NCBI GenBank assembly: GCA_951406725.2
Contig: OX597835.1
Coordinates: 24,056,001 to 24,120,000, forward strand
DNA length: 64,000 bases
DNA from: Octopus vulgaris
Lineage: Eukaryota
Reading direction: 5' to 3'
How positions within the stretch are numbered: position 1 is the first letter of the stretch; every line of letters starts with the position of its first letter. Position numbers and translations under genes: made by a program. The notes beneath the pieces are model-generated. The model did no database searches. It was given only the letters and a program-made list of their open reading frames with translations, and was not told where the DNA came from. Below are positions 25,907-37,837 of this stretch, piece after piece.

Positions 25907-26544
25907 GTGAGTATTCGACGTAAACACCATTGGTTGATGTGTAACGAATTAGCAGCATCGCAAGTAGTGGAATACCTAATAAGGAGGATACCCCTTGTAT
26001 GGATAAAAGTATGAGAACAGCCTGCCCAACACCCACGGGTTTAGTTAAGGCTCCTATTCGAAATTTCGAGAACATTAGCAAATAAAGCAAACGCTTAAAG
26101 ATAAGGGCGTCAAACTGAATATGGCGGTGTGTAACAATGGTTCAGATACAAGGCCGGCAATGTCGAGGGTCAGGGTTTAGCAGACATCATCAACTCTTAT
26201 TACTTGACTGGTGCATAATTTTATCGACCCTGAAGGGATGAAAGATAAAACTAACATCGGTTGGCAGGCATTTTGTCCGGTGCCGTAACGATTCTGTCAA
26301 TCCATCGACCATTTCCATATCTGTGTATAATAATGACGAACCCCCATTACCGCCACCATTCGGCTAAAACACGAACTTCATTATATTTTCTGAAGAAACC
26401 AACAATACTTTGAATATTCATAATTATGTTTTTCCTGTATATTAAATACGTAATTGTATAATGTATATATTATACTATTATATACCATACATCTTATCTG
26501 TCTGTCTCTCTCTTTATCTATCCATCCATCCATCCCTCTATCTA

Positions 26545-26653
<109 letters not shown>

Positions 26654-27083
26654 TAGATAGATAAGGAAGGATAGTATTGTTTGATCCAATATTATTGGTG
26701 GCTCAGCCAGATTGTTATAACAGCGTATAGGATTTCATATTTGGGTCGCCTTACACACGACCAATCTGGTGATTTATAACTAAAATGCATTTAGGCATAT
26801 CAAGTGACTGCGATACTTGACTGGTAGATGTTCTATCGACCATAGATGTAAAGAAAAAAGAAAAAGACGAAGTTGATCTCACTGTTATATTGGTTTCGAA
26901 TTTTGGCACAAAGCCAGTAATTTCTTGGAAAGAGTAAGTAGATTACATCGACCCCATTGCTCAACTGGTACTTGCTTTGTCCAGCTCGAAAGGCGAAGTC
27001 GACCTCGGCGGAATATCTCCGTTATATTGCGTCAAGCAAAATCATCCTTGTCGTATATTTAAACGGTTACATATTTTATAAGG

Positions 27084-27248
27084 ACGTTCTGAGTTCATAT
27101 TCCGCCGAGGTCGACTTTGCCTTTCATCCTTTCGGGGTCGAGTAAATAAGTACCAGTTACGCACTGGGGTCGATATAATCGACTTAATCCGTTTGTCTGT
27201 CCTTGTTCGTCCTCTCTGTGTTCAACCCTTTGTGGGTAGTAAAGAAAT
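27084..27248 (+). mobile_element. 5'-truncated SINE A1
   Basis: 16-bp TSD ACATATTTTATAAGGA at 27069-27084 and 27249-27264. Confidence 0.93.
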
Positions 27249-27500
27249 ACATATTTTATAAGGAGGCCGATTGGTTTGGTAGTAATATTCCGACATTGCG
27301 TTCCTGAGTTCAAATCCAGCCGTGGTCAATTTAACCTTTTATTCTACCGGTGACTAATAGTACCAGTTAAATTCATTCTCAGTCGGTTGCACTACACTAT
27401 GAGATGTCGTGGGAGACTACCCAATATAGTTCCTTTCCCTTGTGTGTTGCTAAGAGGGGTGTTAGTAATGTTCTGGGACCGATTTAGTCGATCGATCCTT

Positions 27501-27735
27501 TCATCCATCCATCCATTTTTGGCACTCTTCCTGGGAGAGTCGTAGGAATAGAGTCCTCAAACATCTCCTCCACACCGTCCTATCAGAAGCAACCGCCGTT
27601 ACACTTTCCCGCTGGATTCCCAAGACTGACCAGTTGAGATTGTGGATATTATCCAACCACGTCGCTCGTGGTCTATCCTTACGTCTTCTGCCGGTTGGCT
27701 CGGCTTGAAGAATCTGTCGTGCAACATCATTTCGT
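27501..27735 (-). mobile_element. RTE (Expander/Rex3-like) 3' end
   Basis: RQILQAEPTGRRRKDRPRATWLDNI...ASDRTVWR with a (GATG)n tail. Confidence 0.85.
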
Positions 27736-29189
27736 TCAGTTTCACACATATTCCTTTGTCAAGGAAAAACAATGCAACCACTGCCGATATCATTTTTCTT
27801 TAAGGCGGCGAGCTGGCAGAAACGTTAGCATTCTGGGCGAAATGCTTAGCGGTATTTCGTCTGTCTATACATTCTGAGTCCAGATTCCACCGAGGTCGAC
27901 TTTGCCTTTCGTCCTTTCGGGGTCAATAAATTAAGTACCAGTTGCGTACTAGGGTAGATCTAATCGCCTGGCCCCCGCCTCCAAAATTTCGGGCCTTGTG
28001 CCTAGAGTAGAAAAGAATATCCTCTTTCTTTACTGTTATCTTTTACTAGTTTCAGTCATTAGACTGCGGCCCTGCCGAGGCACCACCTTCAAGAATCGAT
28101 CCCAGTACTTATTTTTTAAAGCCTGGTATTCTATCACTCTCTTTTGCCGAACCCCTTGGATACAGGCGCATAAACTAACACTGATTGTCAATCATTTGGC
28201 GGGGAAGAGGGTGAACACACACACACATATATACGACGGGGGCTTCTTTCAGTTTCCATCCACCAAATCCACTCACAATGCCTTGGTCAGCCCAAGGCTG
28301 TAGTAGAAGACACTTGCTCAAGGAACCACACACTGGGATGGAACTCAGAACCCTGTAGTTGGAAAGCAAACTTTTTACCACCCAGCCATGCCTGCTCCTA
28401 TATTTTATACATTTATAATTATTCTTTTAGTGATATCGTGGCTCTTTGCGTTCTGTGTTCAAATCTCGCCGAGGTCAACCTTGTCTCTCATCTTTCCGGG
28501 GTCGATGAATAAAATACCCGCCAAATCTCTCGCTCTCAATTTATTACAGTGCATTGTGAAAGGGTCATTGAGTACCACTAATATGGAGTACCACCCATCT
28601 GGAGTGGGTGTCAAGGAAGGATTAACTGTTACCTGTCCTCTGGTATGCTACAAAAACCGCACGAGGAAACTAGATATGGTGGGTATCGACGGACCGATAT
28701 GCTTGCCGCACACCAGACGACAGCTTCATCTTTTGTCTGACCTATGTATCACATGCGATAGACAGGACATATGTGTCATGTATGATAACCACCATGCGTC
28801 ATACATGATACCATTCCCCGTTTCACCATGCGTCATACATGATACGCATTCCCAATCTTTTTCAAACACCAGAGTAACTTACAATAAGGAAAGCCTTATA
28901 TTACTCAGAGCGTATGAAACGTGGGCAGACAGAAAACAAGCATGGATATTTTGGACAAACCAATGAAAATGCTTTTGAACAAGCAAAGCATTAAAGAATC
29001 AAGACGATATATTTATACTTAACCTCTAGCGTAGCTAGAGTGTGTGCCGCCCGGACCCCATAAAAAAACACATTTACTACAGCAAGCCCAAAAGTGGTAC
29101 CCCTTTAAAAGTGTCGCCCAGATTGGACCTGTCCTACCCGCTCCTAGCCACCCTAGTGTACTTAACCCCACTTCTATTAAATATACATA

Positions 29190-29562
29190 CTCTTTACCCT
29201 TTTACTTGTTTCAGTCATTTGACTGCGGCCATGCTGGAGCACCGCCTTTAGTCGAGCAAATCGACCCCGGGACTTATTCTTTGTAAGCCCAGTACTTATT
29301 CTATCGGTCTCTTTTGCCGAACCGCTAAGTGACAGGGACGGAAGCACACCAGCATCGGTTGTCAAGCAATGCTAGGGGTACAAACACAGACACACAAACA
29401 TATACACACACACACACATATATATATATATACACACATATATACGACAGGCTTCTTTCAGTTTCCGTCTACCAAATCCACTCACAAGGCATTGGTCGGC
29501 CCGGGGCTATAGCAGAAGACACTTGCCCAAGATGCCACGCAGTGGGACTGAACCCGGAACCA
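29190..29562 (-). mobile_element. young SINE B
   Basis: Near-identical to 31462-31855 and 3966-4360. Confidence 0.92.
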
Positions 29563-30182
29563 TATTTCAAGTATTTTTATTTCTTTGTTTAGAACGGTAT
29601 TTCTCAATCAAGTTTTTTTTGTTTTTAATCTATGGGCTCCTCTGGTTCCCATTTTACTTTCGGGGATGGTGACCCCCCATAGCAATTCGATGTTTAAAGA
29701 ATTATATTTTAATGATTAATATTCTTTTATACGTCTCAGCTCTGGCCATGCTGGAGTACCATTCTATAAAAGGTTGTTTAAATGTAGACAGTAGCCATGC
29801 TGGGGCACCACCTTGAAGAATTGTAGTCGAGTGAATCGTCCCCATTACTTATATTTTAAGCCTGGGACTTGTTCTATCGATCTCTTTGCCAAACCGCTAA
29901 GTTAAGGGGATGTAAACACGAACACCGGTTATCAAGTGGTGGGTGACAGACAGACAGACACACATACACATAACATACATTTTACGACAGGCTTCTTTCA
30001 GTTTTCGTCTAGTAAATCCATTCATGAGGCTTTGGTCTGCCCGAGGCTATAGAAGGCATTTGCCCAATGTGCTACTCAGTGGGACTGAACCTGGAACCAT
30101 GTGGTTGAGAAGCAAGCTTCTTTCCACACAAACATGCCTGGTTTTTGTTTTTAGGAGATCGAGCGATCCTGTGCTGTTTTAA

Positions 30183-30590
30183 GGATCGTTTCGGTTTGAA
30201 CGGCAGTTTTTAACATAATTTCTAAGTAACTAAAAAATGTTAAACTTCGTATACTGGTAGAATATGTTTATAAAACATCTTTTTCTCTTGGCTTTATTGA
30301 GAAAATTCTATAGTTTGTAAGATATTTGTTGTTTTTTCTTCAATTTCTGCAATTTCAACCAATCACTGACGTCTATTGAGGTAATAAACATTCTGTGCCG
30401 TATGAATATGTCCCTCGTTTAAGAAACAGATTGGGTTTATTTACATTTCTGAAGAAAAAAAGATACCCTACCCCTCACCCCTAACCCTAAAACAGATTGA
30501 AATGCAATAAATCGATACTAGGGTCATACTTATGGGTGACAATTTCATGACACCGCTAGAAAAAAACTGCCGTTCAAATCGAAAAGATCC
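30183..30590. mobile_element. 408-bp MITE with GG-starting TIRs and 8-bp TSD (Merlin-like)
   Basis: TIR GGATCGTTTCGGTTTGAACGGCAGTTTT / AAAACTGCCGTTCAAATCGAAAAGATCC; TSD TGTTTTAA at 30175-30182 and 30591-30598. Confidence 0.9.
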
Positions 30591-31336
30591 TGTTTTAAGA
30601 GTGTTGGTTGTTCTAATGTCTGCATTGTATGAGAGAAAAAGTGTTGTTAGAATGGTGTTGCATGGGTTAAATCAAGAAAGCTCCCACATAGAGACACGAC
30701 TGCCACTCTTACTCAACACCCCATCTTCGTTTCTCCAGAAAATATTCCGGACTACATTATCAAATGAGTAGTTTTTATCGAATACATTAACATGTTTAAA
30801 TTAAATTTGTGAGATTTGACTGCTATTTCTAGCAGAGAGACTGCGTTGGACAGTAGCAGGGTACGGTCTTGTCTTATCCGTGGATGTAGAGGGGATAAGA
30901 TTAAGTTTTCGCGTCCAGATTTTCAGTTCCTACTTCGCAACACTAGACTTCGTCGTTAGCAAAGGCATCCATGAGAAATGCATGAACATCACACAATCTT
31001 GCATTTCCTAGCTCATCTTAATATATGTGAGAGCTTTCTGTTCGAGATTCAAATGCTGTTTGGTTGTTGCCGTAAAACGGATCAATAGACAATCGACGCT
31101 AGCAGCTTCAGTTTACTTTTTGGCACCCTCCGTTAGTCTTGCTTGCTAACTTATCTTCTCACCGTGGGATCGAATTGATGTTGCAATTTTCCTGAGGACG
31201 ATTTAAAATGTTTTAATTATTATTATTATGTGTCGAAAATTCACTTATAAACTTCTGTCGATACTTGTCTTCCCTCTTCAATCTCTCACTGTGTCCATTT
31301 CATTTCATTTTATTTCTCTCCTTTTATTTCTCTCTC

Positions 31337-31376
<40 letters not shown>

Positions 31377-31461
31377 TTCTCTTGTTTATTCTAGCTTTGG
31401 GCAGCCCCTCTCATCATTCTTATTCTCAGTCGTTTTAAGCGCGTGAATGTGTGATCATATA

Positions 31462-31855
31462 CTCTTTACTCTTTTACTTGTTTCAGTCATTTGACTGCGG
31501 CCATGCTGGAGCACCGCTTTTAGTCGAGCAAATCGACCCCGGGACTTATTCTTTGTAAGCCCAGTACTTATTCCATCGGTCTCTTTTGCCGAACCGCTAA
31601 GTTACGGGGACGTAAACACACCAGCATCGGTTGTCAAGCAATGCTAGGGAGACAAGCACACACACACATACATATATATATATATAGATATATACGACAG
31701 GCTTCTTTCAGTTTCCGTCTACCAAATCCACTCACAAGGCATTGGTCGGCCCGGGGCTATAGCAGAAGACACTTGCCCAAGATGCCACACAGTGGGACTG
31801 AACCCGGAACCATGTGGTTGGTAAGCAAGCTACTTACCACACAGCCACTCCTGCG
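31462..31855 (-). mobile_element. full-length young SINE B
   Basis: Complete head-to-tail reverse-complement copy. Confidence 0.93.
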
Positions 31856-32027
31856 GCTTGTATGTCTTTCTCACTTTCTATCTCTTTTTTTTTTACATCA
31901 TAATTTCTCTGTCTCTCTCTCTCTCTCTGTTTCGTAATGTAAACACGAACCACTCTGATCTGTTGGTAATGTTGGCACTATATGCATGAATATATATAAT
32001 CACACACACACACACATATATATATAA

Positions 32028-32281
32028 TGGGAAAGGCCGGTTTATGGGATTACCTTGGGTTTCCCGTTCATAAAGGGATTAGCTTTATAGCGTACAGTCA
32101 GACCCCCAAAACCTGTTGGTCATGGGCCAATAGGTTTTTGGGATCTGACGACAGGCCATAAAGTTAAACCCTTTATGGACAGGAAACCCAAGGTAATCCC
32201 ATAAACCGGCCTTCCCCACTTTTAATATATATTACTATATTTTAGTGTGCTTCATCCGGATTTATGTTTTTTTTTTACAAA

Positions 32282-32285
<4 letters not shown>
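32028..32285 (+). mobile_element. fold-back (palindromic) element with hammerhead, flanked by (TA)n
   Basis: About 95-bp arms spanning 32028-32218 with a few-nt loop, then a single-copy ~65-nt tail, then (TA)n. Confidence 0.85.
32133..32207 (+). ncRNA. type I hammerhead ribozyme (apparently intact)
   Basis: Stem I GGTTTTTGGGAT/ATCCCATAAACC (11 of 12 bp), core CTGACGA 32145-32151, stem II CCATAAAG/CTTTATGG, GAAA 32183-32186, stem III ACC-caa-GGT, cleavage triplet GTA ending 32195. Confidence 0.75.
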
Positions 32286-32347
<62 letters not shown>

Positions 32348-33159
32348 TGTGTAGTACATAGTATTTATTGGCTAATATGCAATTTTAATATAAGCTACTC
32401 TCGAAGTTTTAGCCTCGCTGGGAAATGTAAACAAATGTTTTCTCTCCGCGGGCAGAAAGAAAAATCCGGGATTTGTCTTGAGTTTTATTTCTATTTTGGG
32501 CCCTTATTTGAGAACAAGAACCCACTTTTTATTTTATTTTCTGAAAATTGCGTGTATGCATGAGATAGAAATCACTTTACAGTCGAATGAAAACGATGTA
32601 ACATGTTTAGAAATTCATATTGCCACCAAAACATTCATTTTTTTTCTGCGTCTGCTGCAGGTCTTTGCTGCATATGTATAATACATACATGCTTCCGTGT
32701 GCATGGAGACATATGTCCATCCATCCATCTGTCTTGTTGTTGTTGAAATTCCAATGAAGGAGCCTTGAATCTAGCTTAGAAAGCGGCTTTTTCTCTATTG
32801 GAAAGAGATTTTGAAATAAAACTGACTGACGTACGTATGTACGTACATACATGCGTACATACATGTCACCTACATCATAAGCAATTGTCCAAAAATGTCA
32901 TCGAGGTATTATCTTCCGATGAGACATGATGTTGTAGCCAAGACACTGTAAAATGAAACCTGTCGGAAGGATAATCTTGAGGCCAAAGACTTATGAGCCC
33001 ACAGTATGGTAGAGGCCATAGCCAGCCATAGAAGGAGCACTGGTGGAATGAGAGTGAAGACCTTAATAAAATGTAAACATAATAGACCAGACAGAGTGAA
33101 AACTTTAACGCACAACTACCTAAACACGAACAGCACGCATTTAGAACCTCGACGACCGC

Positions 33160-33340
33160 TTCTAATGCTAGGCTTTACTATCACGATGAATCTCTCCTGG
33201 CGAAAGCACACCCTTAACATAACAAAGAATGCATATTCAAAGGCGAGCCATTCCTTTTGCAGTCACAAAATGTTTCTGCTCCCCATCAACTGCTAGTCCT
33301 CTACAAACCTCCCGTGCACTTCTCTACGTTTGGGGCAATG
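33160..33340 (+). mobile_element. old LINE RT fragment (CR1/L2/Jockey group)
   Basis: LLMLGFTITMNLSWRKHTLNITKNA followed, after a frameshift, by QLLVLYK. Confidence 0.6.
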
Positions 33341-33387
33341 CTGCGCATTCACACACATACATATATATACATACTCTCGCATATATA

Positions 33388-33670
33388 CTAGGTGCGTTCA
33401 AAAGGTATCCGACTTTAATTTTTCCCGCCAAACTAAAGCCACGTGGTAGGTGACGCCATTCTTCCTGCTCCGGTAGATTGCGTCTGTTACGCCTACAGTA
33501 CAGACACATAGTGCTCGCTCGTCGGGTTTTCGTTTTCATGCAATATGACCGAACGCACCAAGCACAGACCATAAACCTATGTCTCATCACCAGTGATGAT
33601 AGTTTTCATGAAGTCTGGGTCGTAGTTTGCACAATCCAGCATGTCCCGAGCAGTTCCGTTCCGTGACTTT
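33388..33670 (+). mobile_element. degenerate mariner left end
   Basis: TA|CTAGGTGCGTTCAAAAGGTATCCGACT resembles mariner TIRs; remainder decayed. Confidence 0.45.
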
Positions 33671-34217
33671 TCGAGGCCCCATCTCTCCAATGAAAATTCA
33701 TTGTTCAATATCTCACGTTATCCTAAACAACATATTTAAAAGCACAATAAGTTAAATTTACTCAGGTCTATTACACATTTCAATAAGTAAAACTTCCAGA
33801 TATGAATAAAAGCGCAGTTTTATAATCCAGGTAACTTTCAAAGACAAACACGGCGCACTTTTTGCTTCGCGAGATCATCGATCGTTTTAGAATAATCAAG
33901 CTGAGAGCTAAGTTCGTGTTCAATATATATCATAGTTAATCCACAAAGTCTGCTACACGTTCGTGGTATAATGTAATATTTTTACAAGAACTTCTGCAGG
34001 GTCAATGTATTACCATTTTATTTCTTGAAATCTTCTGTTAACATAGTTTAATTCTTATTCAAAATCTTAACCAAAGTAAATAGATAACTCATCTACGTAC
34101 TTTGATCTTAACATGGACCCCCTCAAGTGCAGAGGACCCATGCGACCGCAGGGGTTGCAGGGGCTTAGCGACGGCTCTGGTCCCAGCGATTGAGGGTGGG
34201 GGTGACACCACCATTCC

Positions 34218-34243
34218 TGCGCATGCGTGGAAAGTTTCGCGCC
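34218..34243. promoter_or_regulatory. adjacent NRF1-like and E2F-like motifs in a CpG-rich patch
   Basis: TGCGCATGCG (34218-34227) and TTTCGCGCC (34235-34243). Confidence 0.35.
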
Positions 34244-34329
34244 GGTAGACCGCATAAGTTCCCGATTGTTGCGCCTCTAACTTATCTAAAGCACATGTGA
34301 AGTTGGTCTTAATTGAATTGTTTCTCTCT

Positions 34330-34470
34330 CTGCTGGAATGTGAATGTTAGGAGTCTCTTGGGTGATTTCTGTTGTCTTTTGCATTTGAGGAGTTTGTGTA
34401 TTTAGGATGTTGTTCATTTTGGGGTCTTGAGTGAGCAGTGGGAGATTTTGTATAATTGTGTTGTATGCTT
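34330..34470 (-). mobile_element. Penelope-like element coding remnant (RT-to-endonuclease linker)
   Basis: AYNTIIQNLPLLTQDPKMNNILNT resembles PLE linker sequences (recognition from memory). Confidence 0.5.
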
Positions 34471-34493
34471 CAACTATATATGTGTGTGTGTGT

Positions 34494-34790
34494 GGAGGCG
34501 CAATGACCCAGTGGTTAGGGCAGCGGTCTCGCGGACGTAGGATCGCGGTTTCGATTCCCAGACCGGGCGTTGTGAGTGTTTGTTGAGCGAAAACACCTAA
34601 AACCTCCACGAGGCTCCGGCAGGGGGTCGTGATCCCTGCTGTACTCTTTCACCACTCTATCTCTCACTCTTTCTTCTGTTGGCCTGCTCGCTTAGCCAAG
34701 CGGGGTGGCGTCATTCGAAGGCTATAACAATGCGAACGCATTGTGATCAGCGATGTGTAGCAACATCTGATGGTCTGGTCGGTCACGTGA
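34494..34790 (+). mobile_element. tRNA-derived SINE family C (tail type X)
   Basis: GGAGGCGCAATGACCCAGTGGTTAGGGCAG...GGTTTCGATTCCC head; tail ...GGTCTGGTCGGTCACGTGA, also present as a minus fragment at 18677-18800. Confidence 0.88.
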
Positions 34791-34811
34791 TATATATATA
34801 TATATATATAC

Positions 34812-35010
34812 ACCGCGTGTGTACCGTTGGCGATTTTTTCCCCTCTGTCTTCCTTTCTCTGGATCTTTCCTTCTATGTTTCCGACGAAGAGCTCCGCTCG
34901 AAACGTTAAACCCTCCTTCTTTCCTGAGCGTCCAATAATACTATATTTGTTCCACGTCCTCGCGTTGTTGTGTTTTTTTGTGCTTTCATGTTTGGATTAA
35001 CTTTATATAT
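34812..35010 (+). mobile_element. short PLE-like element with minimal hammerhead motif in (TA)n
   Basis: GTTT-CCGACGA-AGAGC-TCC-GCTC-GAAA-CG-TT-AAAC at 34877-34911; 3' part repeated at 17697-17760. Confidence 0.65.
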
Positions 35011-35749
35011 ATATTGATTGATTGATTAATTGAAACGCTAACTTGCTTTGAGAATTAGGAGATTAAAAGGAACGCTTGTCTTTGGAGTACTCAGTCATTT
35101 AGCAAGTTAATTTAACGTGTGAAATCAATTGATCCAATTCTTGAATGGTCATCATCGGAAATGATGCGCGAACCATCACTGCCGCTACCTTATTATTATT
35201 ATCATTATTATCATTATCATCATTATTATTATAACAACAACAACAGCAACAAAGATATTGACATTGACAACAGCAATGATAATAAACGCCATCGTGTAAA
35301 GTAACTGTAGTAAAAACAAAAGCTCTGCTACAACAAAGCGAACCTGTATAGTAACTAAAAGAACAATGCTAACCTGCACTACAACAACATCAAGAAGACT
35401 AGACGATGTAATAAACCCTCCATTTTCCTTTCTCTCAACCCACGTGACAGGAAATGTAAGTAATCGACGTTCGCTCCGTTCCCATCAATTGTTTCTGTCT
35501 CAAGTAAACCGAGCTGTTACTTTCTTCCTATAACACATCTTGGCTCTCTTTTCTTAATGGAATACTAACTGGCTTGTTGTGGTGGTGGTGGTGGTGGTGG
35601 TGGTGGTGGTGCTAGCGGAGGTGGTGGTTGTGGTTGGTACAGGGGATGTGTGAAGGGGAAGATTCACTGTTCGTTTTTAACTTCCTTTATACTTTTGAAG
35701 CATAACGTATTCACTCTATGAACGAACACGTCTACGTTTCACTCCGTGC

Positions 35750-36312
35750 CCCCTCATTTTTGCTCTTTCTCCCCTCTCTCTCTCTCTCTTCCTCCCTTTC
35801 TCCTCTGTCTCCTTTTCACTCTTTCTCCCCCCTTTTTCTCTTACCCTCCGTTCTCTCTCTCTGTTCTTGCTTCCTCCCCTCTTTTTTGCTTCCTCCTCTA
35901 TCTCTCTCGTTCTTGCTTACTTCCTTCTCTCTCTCTCGCTTTCATCTCTCCTCTCTCTCTCTCCCTTGTTTCTCTCCCCTCTGTCTCCTTCCCTCCCTTC
36001 TCTTTCTCTCCTCTCTCCTCTCCCGTCTCTTTCCCTCCTCTCCCCTGTCTCTCTCCCTTCTGTCTCCCTCCCTTCCTTTTCTCTCTCCCTCTGTTTCCCC
36101 TTCCTTTTCTCTCTCCTTCTGTCTGCCTCCCTTTTCTCTCTCCCTTCTGTCTCCCTCCCTCCCTTCTCTTTCTCTCGCTTTCACAGCTCCTCTCTCTCTT
36201 TCTGTCTCCCTCCCTCCCTTCTCTTTCTCTCGCTTTCACCTCTCCTCTCTCTCCTTCTGTCTGCCTCCCTTTTCTCTCTCCCCTCTGTCTCCCTCCCTTC
36301 TCTTTCTCTCGC
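35750..36312. repeat. CT-rich low-complexity minisatellite
   Basis: Recurrent TCTCTCCCTTCTGTCTCCCTCCC units; ~560 bp polypyrimidine tract. Confidence 0.9.
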
Positions 36313-36461
36313 TCCAACGACGTGAGCATCCATACTATCGAAGTGAAGTGGATATTCTCCAAGAAATTCCAAGTGATAACGAAGAGCTACTCGTGTTTTA
36401 CTTGCATCGTTTCTGTATGAAGATACGTGGCAAAATAGATTAAGGGACCGCGAAGAAGCAA

Positions 36462-37033
36462 CGAGGGGCATTCCGGAAATTTTGAGACTTTCTTTTAGGA
36501 GAGGGAATTATAACTCCCAGATTATCTTATAGATTTAGTTTATCCCTATTATACATCTAATAAGCTGACCCGACAACTTTTATTCCACATCGAAGGAGAC
36601 GGCTACAACAGCACTTGGAACACACTCTACCAAACACTGCTCGTCACGGGTGACCGGTTTGCAGATTGCAACCAGGGCGTGAAGACAGTTTGGGAGCTCG
36701 ATATGCAATGAAGCTTTGTTTTAAAACTGGGCAAAATAAGAAAAGAAAAAGAAAAGAAACCCTTCAAAAACTTATGAAATGTTCCAGACTGCTTCTCCGT
36801 GACTTTTGGTTGTTTCCCAAACTGGAGAAGATGAAAGCTGCTGTAGCAAGGGCGTTGGTCACCTTCCCTATGGAGGACTTACATTGGCCTTCACCAGGTG
36901 GCTAGAGTGCTACAAGTGCTACAAGTGCTTCAAGTGCTATGAGATCGGAGAGGATTGCTTCAAGTGCTTTGAAGAGGAGATTACAATGAATGCCCCTCTT
37001 GAAGATGTCTCAATTCTTTTGGAATGCACTTTG
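36462..37033 (+). mobile_element. internally deleted mariner element
   Basis: TIR-like CGAGGGGCATTCCGGAAATTTTGAGAC / GTCTCAATTCTTTTGGAATGCACTTTG|TA; remnants RYAMKLCFKTG and DFWLFPKL. Confidence 0.75.
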
Positions 37034-37607
37034 TATAAGGTTTGTGCAACGTTTTCATGTAAATAAGAGATGATAGAATTTTGCTTCATCACTTTTGGTT
37101 TTTATCGCAATTTGCTATCACAGTTTTAGACCTCAAATGAGCATGTTAACCGAGTAAAGGTTGAGGGAGATTTGGCTGCTCTTTTTAACAGATCGAGCGA
37201 TTACATAGAGGCTCCCTTAATTGGCTCGTTGATGTTAGTGCTGTTGTTGGGTTTTAGACAATCCAACGACCACCCACTGTAAGGCAGGTGAAGTAGGGGT
37301 GTATACTTGATTAGATCAACCTAGGTATTTGACTGCTGTCTACGAGGCAACGAAGGAGCCCCTGCGTAATAACCCCTCTCCCAAACATGCCTCACATTAC
37401 ACTTTCTCAGCTTAAAAATAGGGTCATATATATATATGAATAATGTAGTCTAGGTTTCCTGCACATGGGGGAAATAGCAGGATGGCCATGAACGGAATTC
37501 TTTTGATTATGGATCTCATAAGATCAGGTCTGACCTGGAGTTAACCAACATCTGTACATTTTAGTATAGACTTAAGCGGAAGGTAAATGAACTGGCAGAA
37601 TCGTTAG

Positions 37608-37837
37608 GCGGCGATCTGGCAGAAACGTTAGCACGCCGGGCGAAATGCATAGCCGTATTTCGTCTGCCGTTACGTTCTGAGTTCAAATTCTGCCGAGGTC
37701 GACTTTGCCTTTCATCCTTTCGGGGTCGATAAATTAAATACCAGTTACGCACTGGGGTCGATGTAATCGACTTAATACCTTTGTCTGTCCTTGTTTTCCC
37801 CCTCTATGTTTAACCCCTAGTGAGCAATAAAGAAATA
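37608..37837 (+). mobile_element. SINE A1 nested in the head of an older SINE A2
   Basis: 11-bp TSD AGAATCGTTAG at 37597-37607 and 37838-37848; the host copy continues to about 38043. Confidence 0.92.

Noticed and set aside
35718-36443. 241-aa ORF with non-repetitive tail HPYYRSEVDILQEIPSDNEE
   Set aside because: Mostly CT low complexity; the tail is short, unrecognised and lacks clear splice boundaries.
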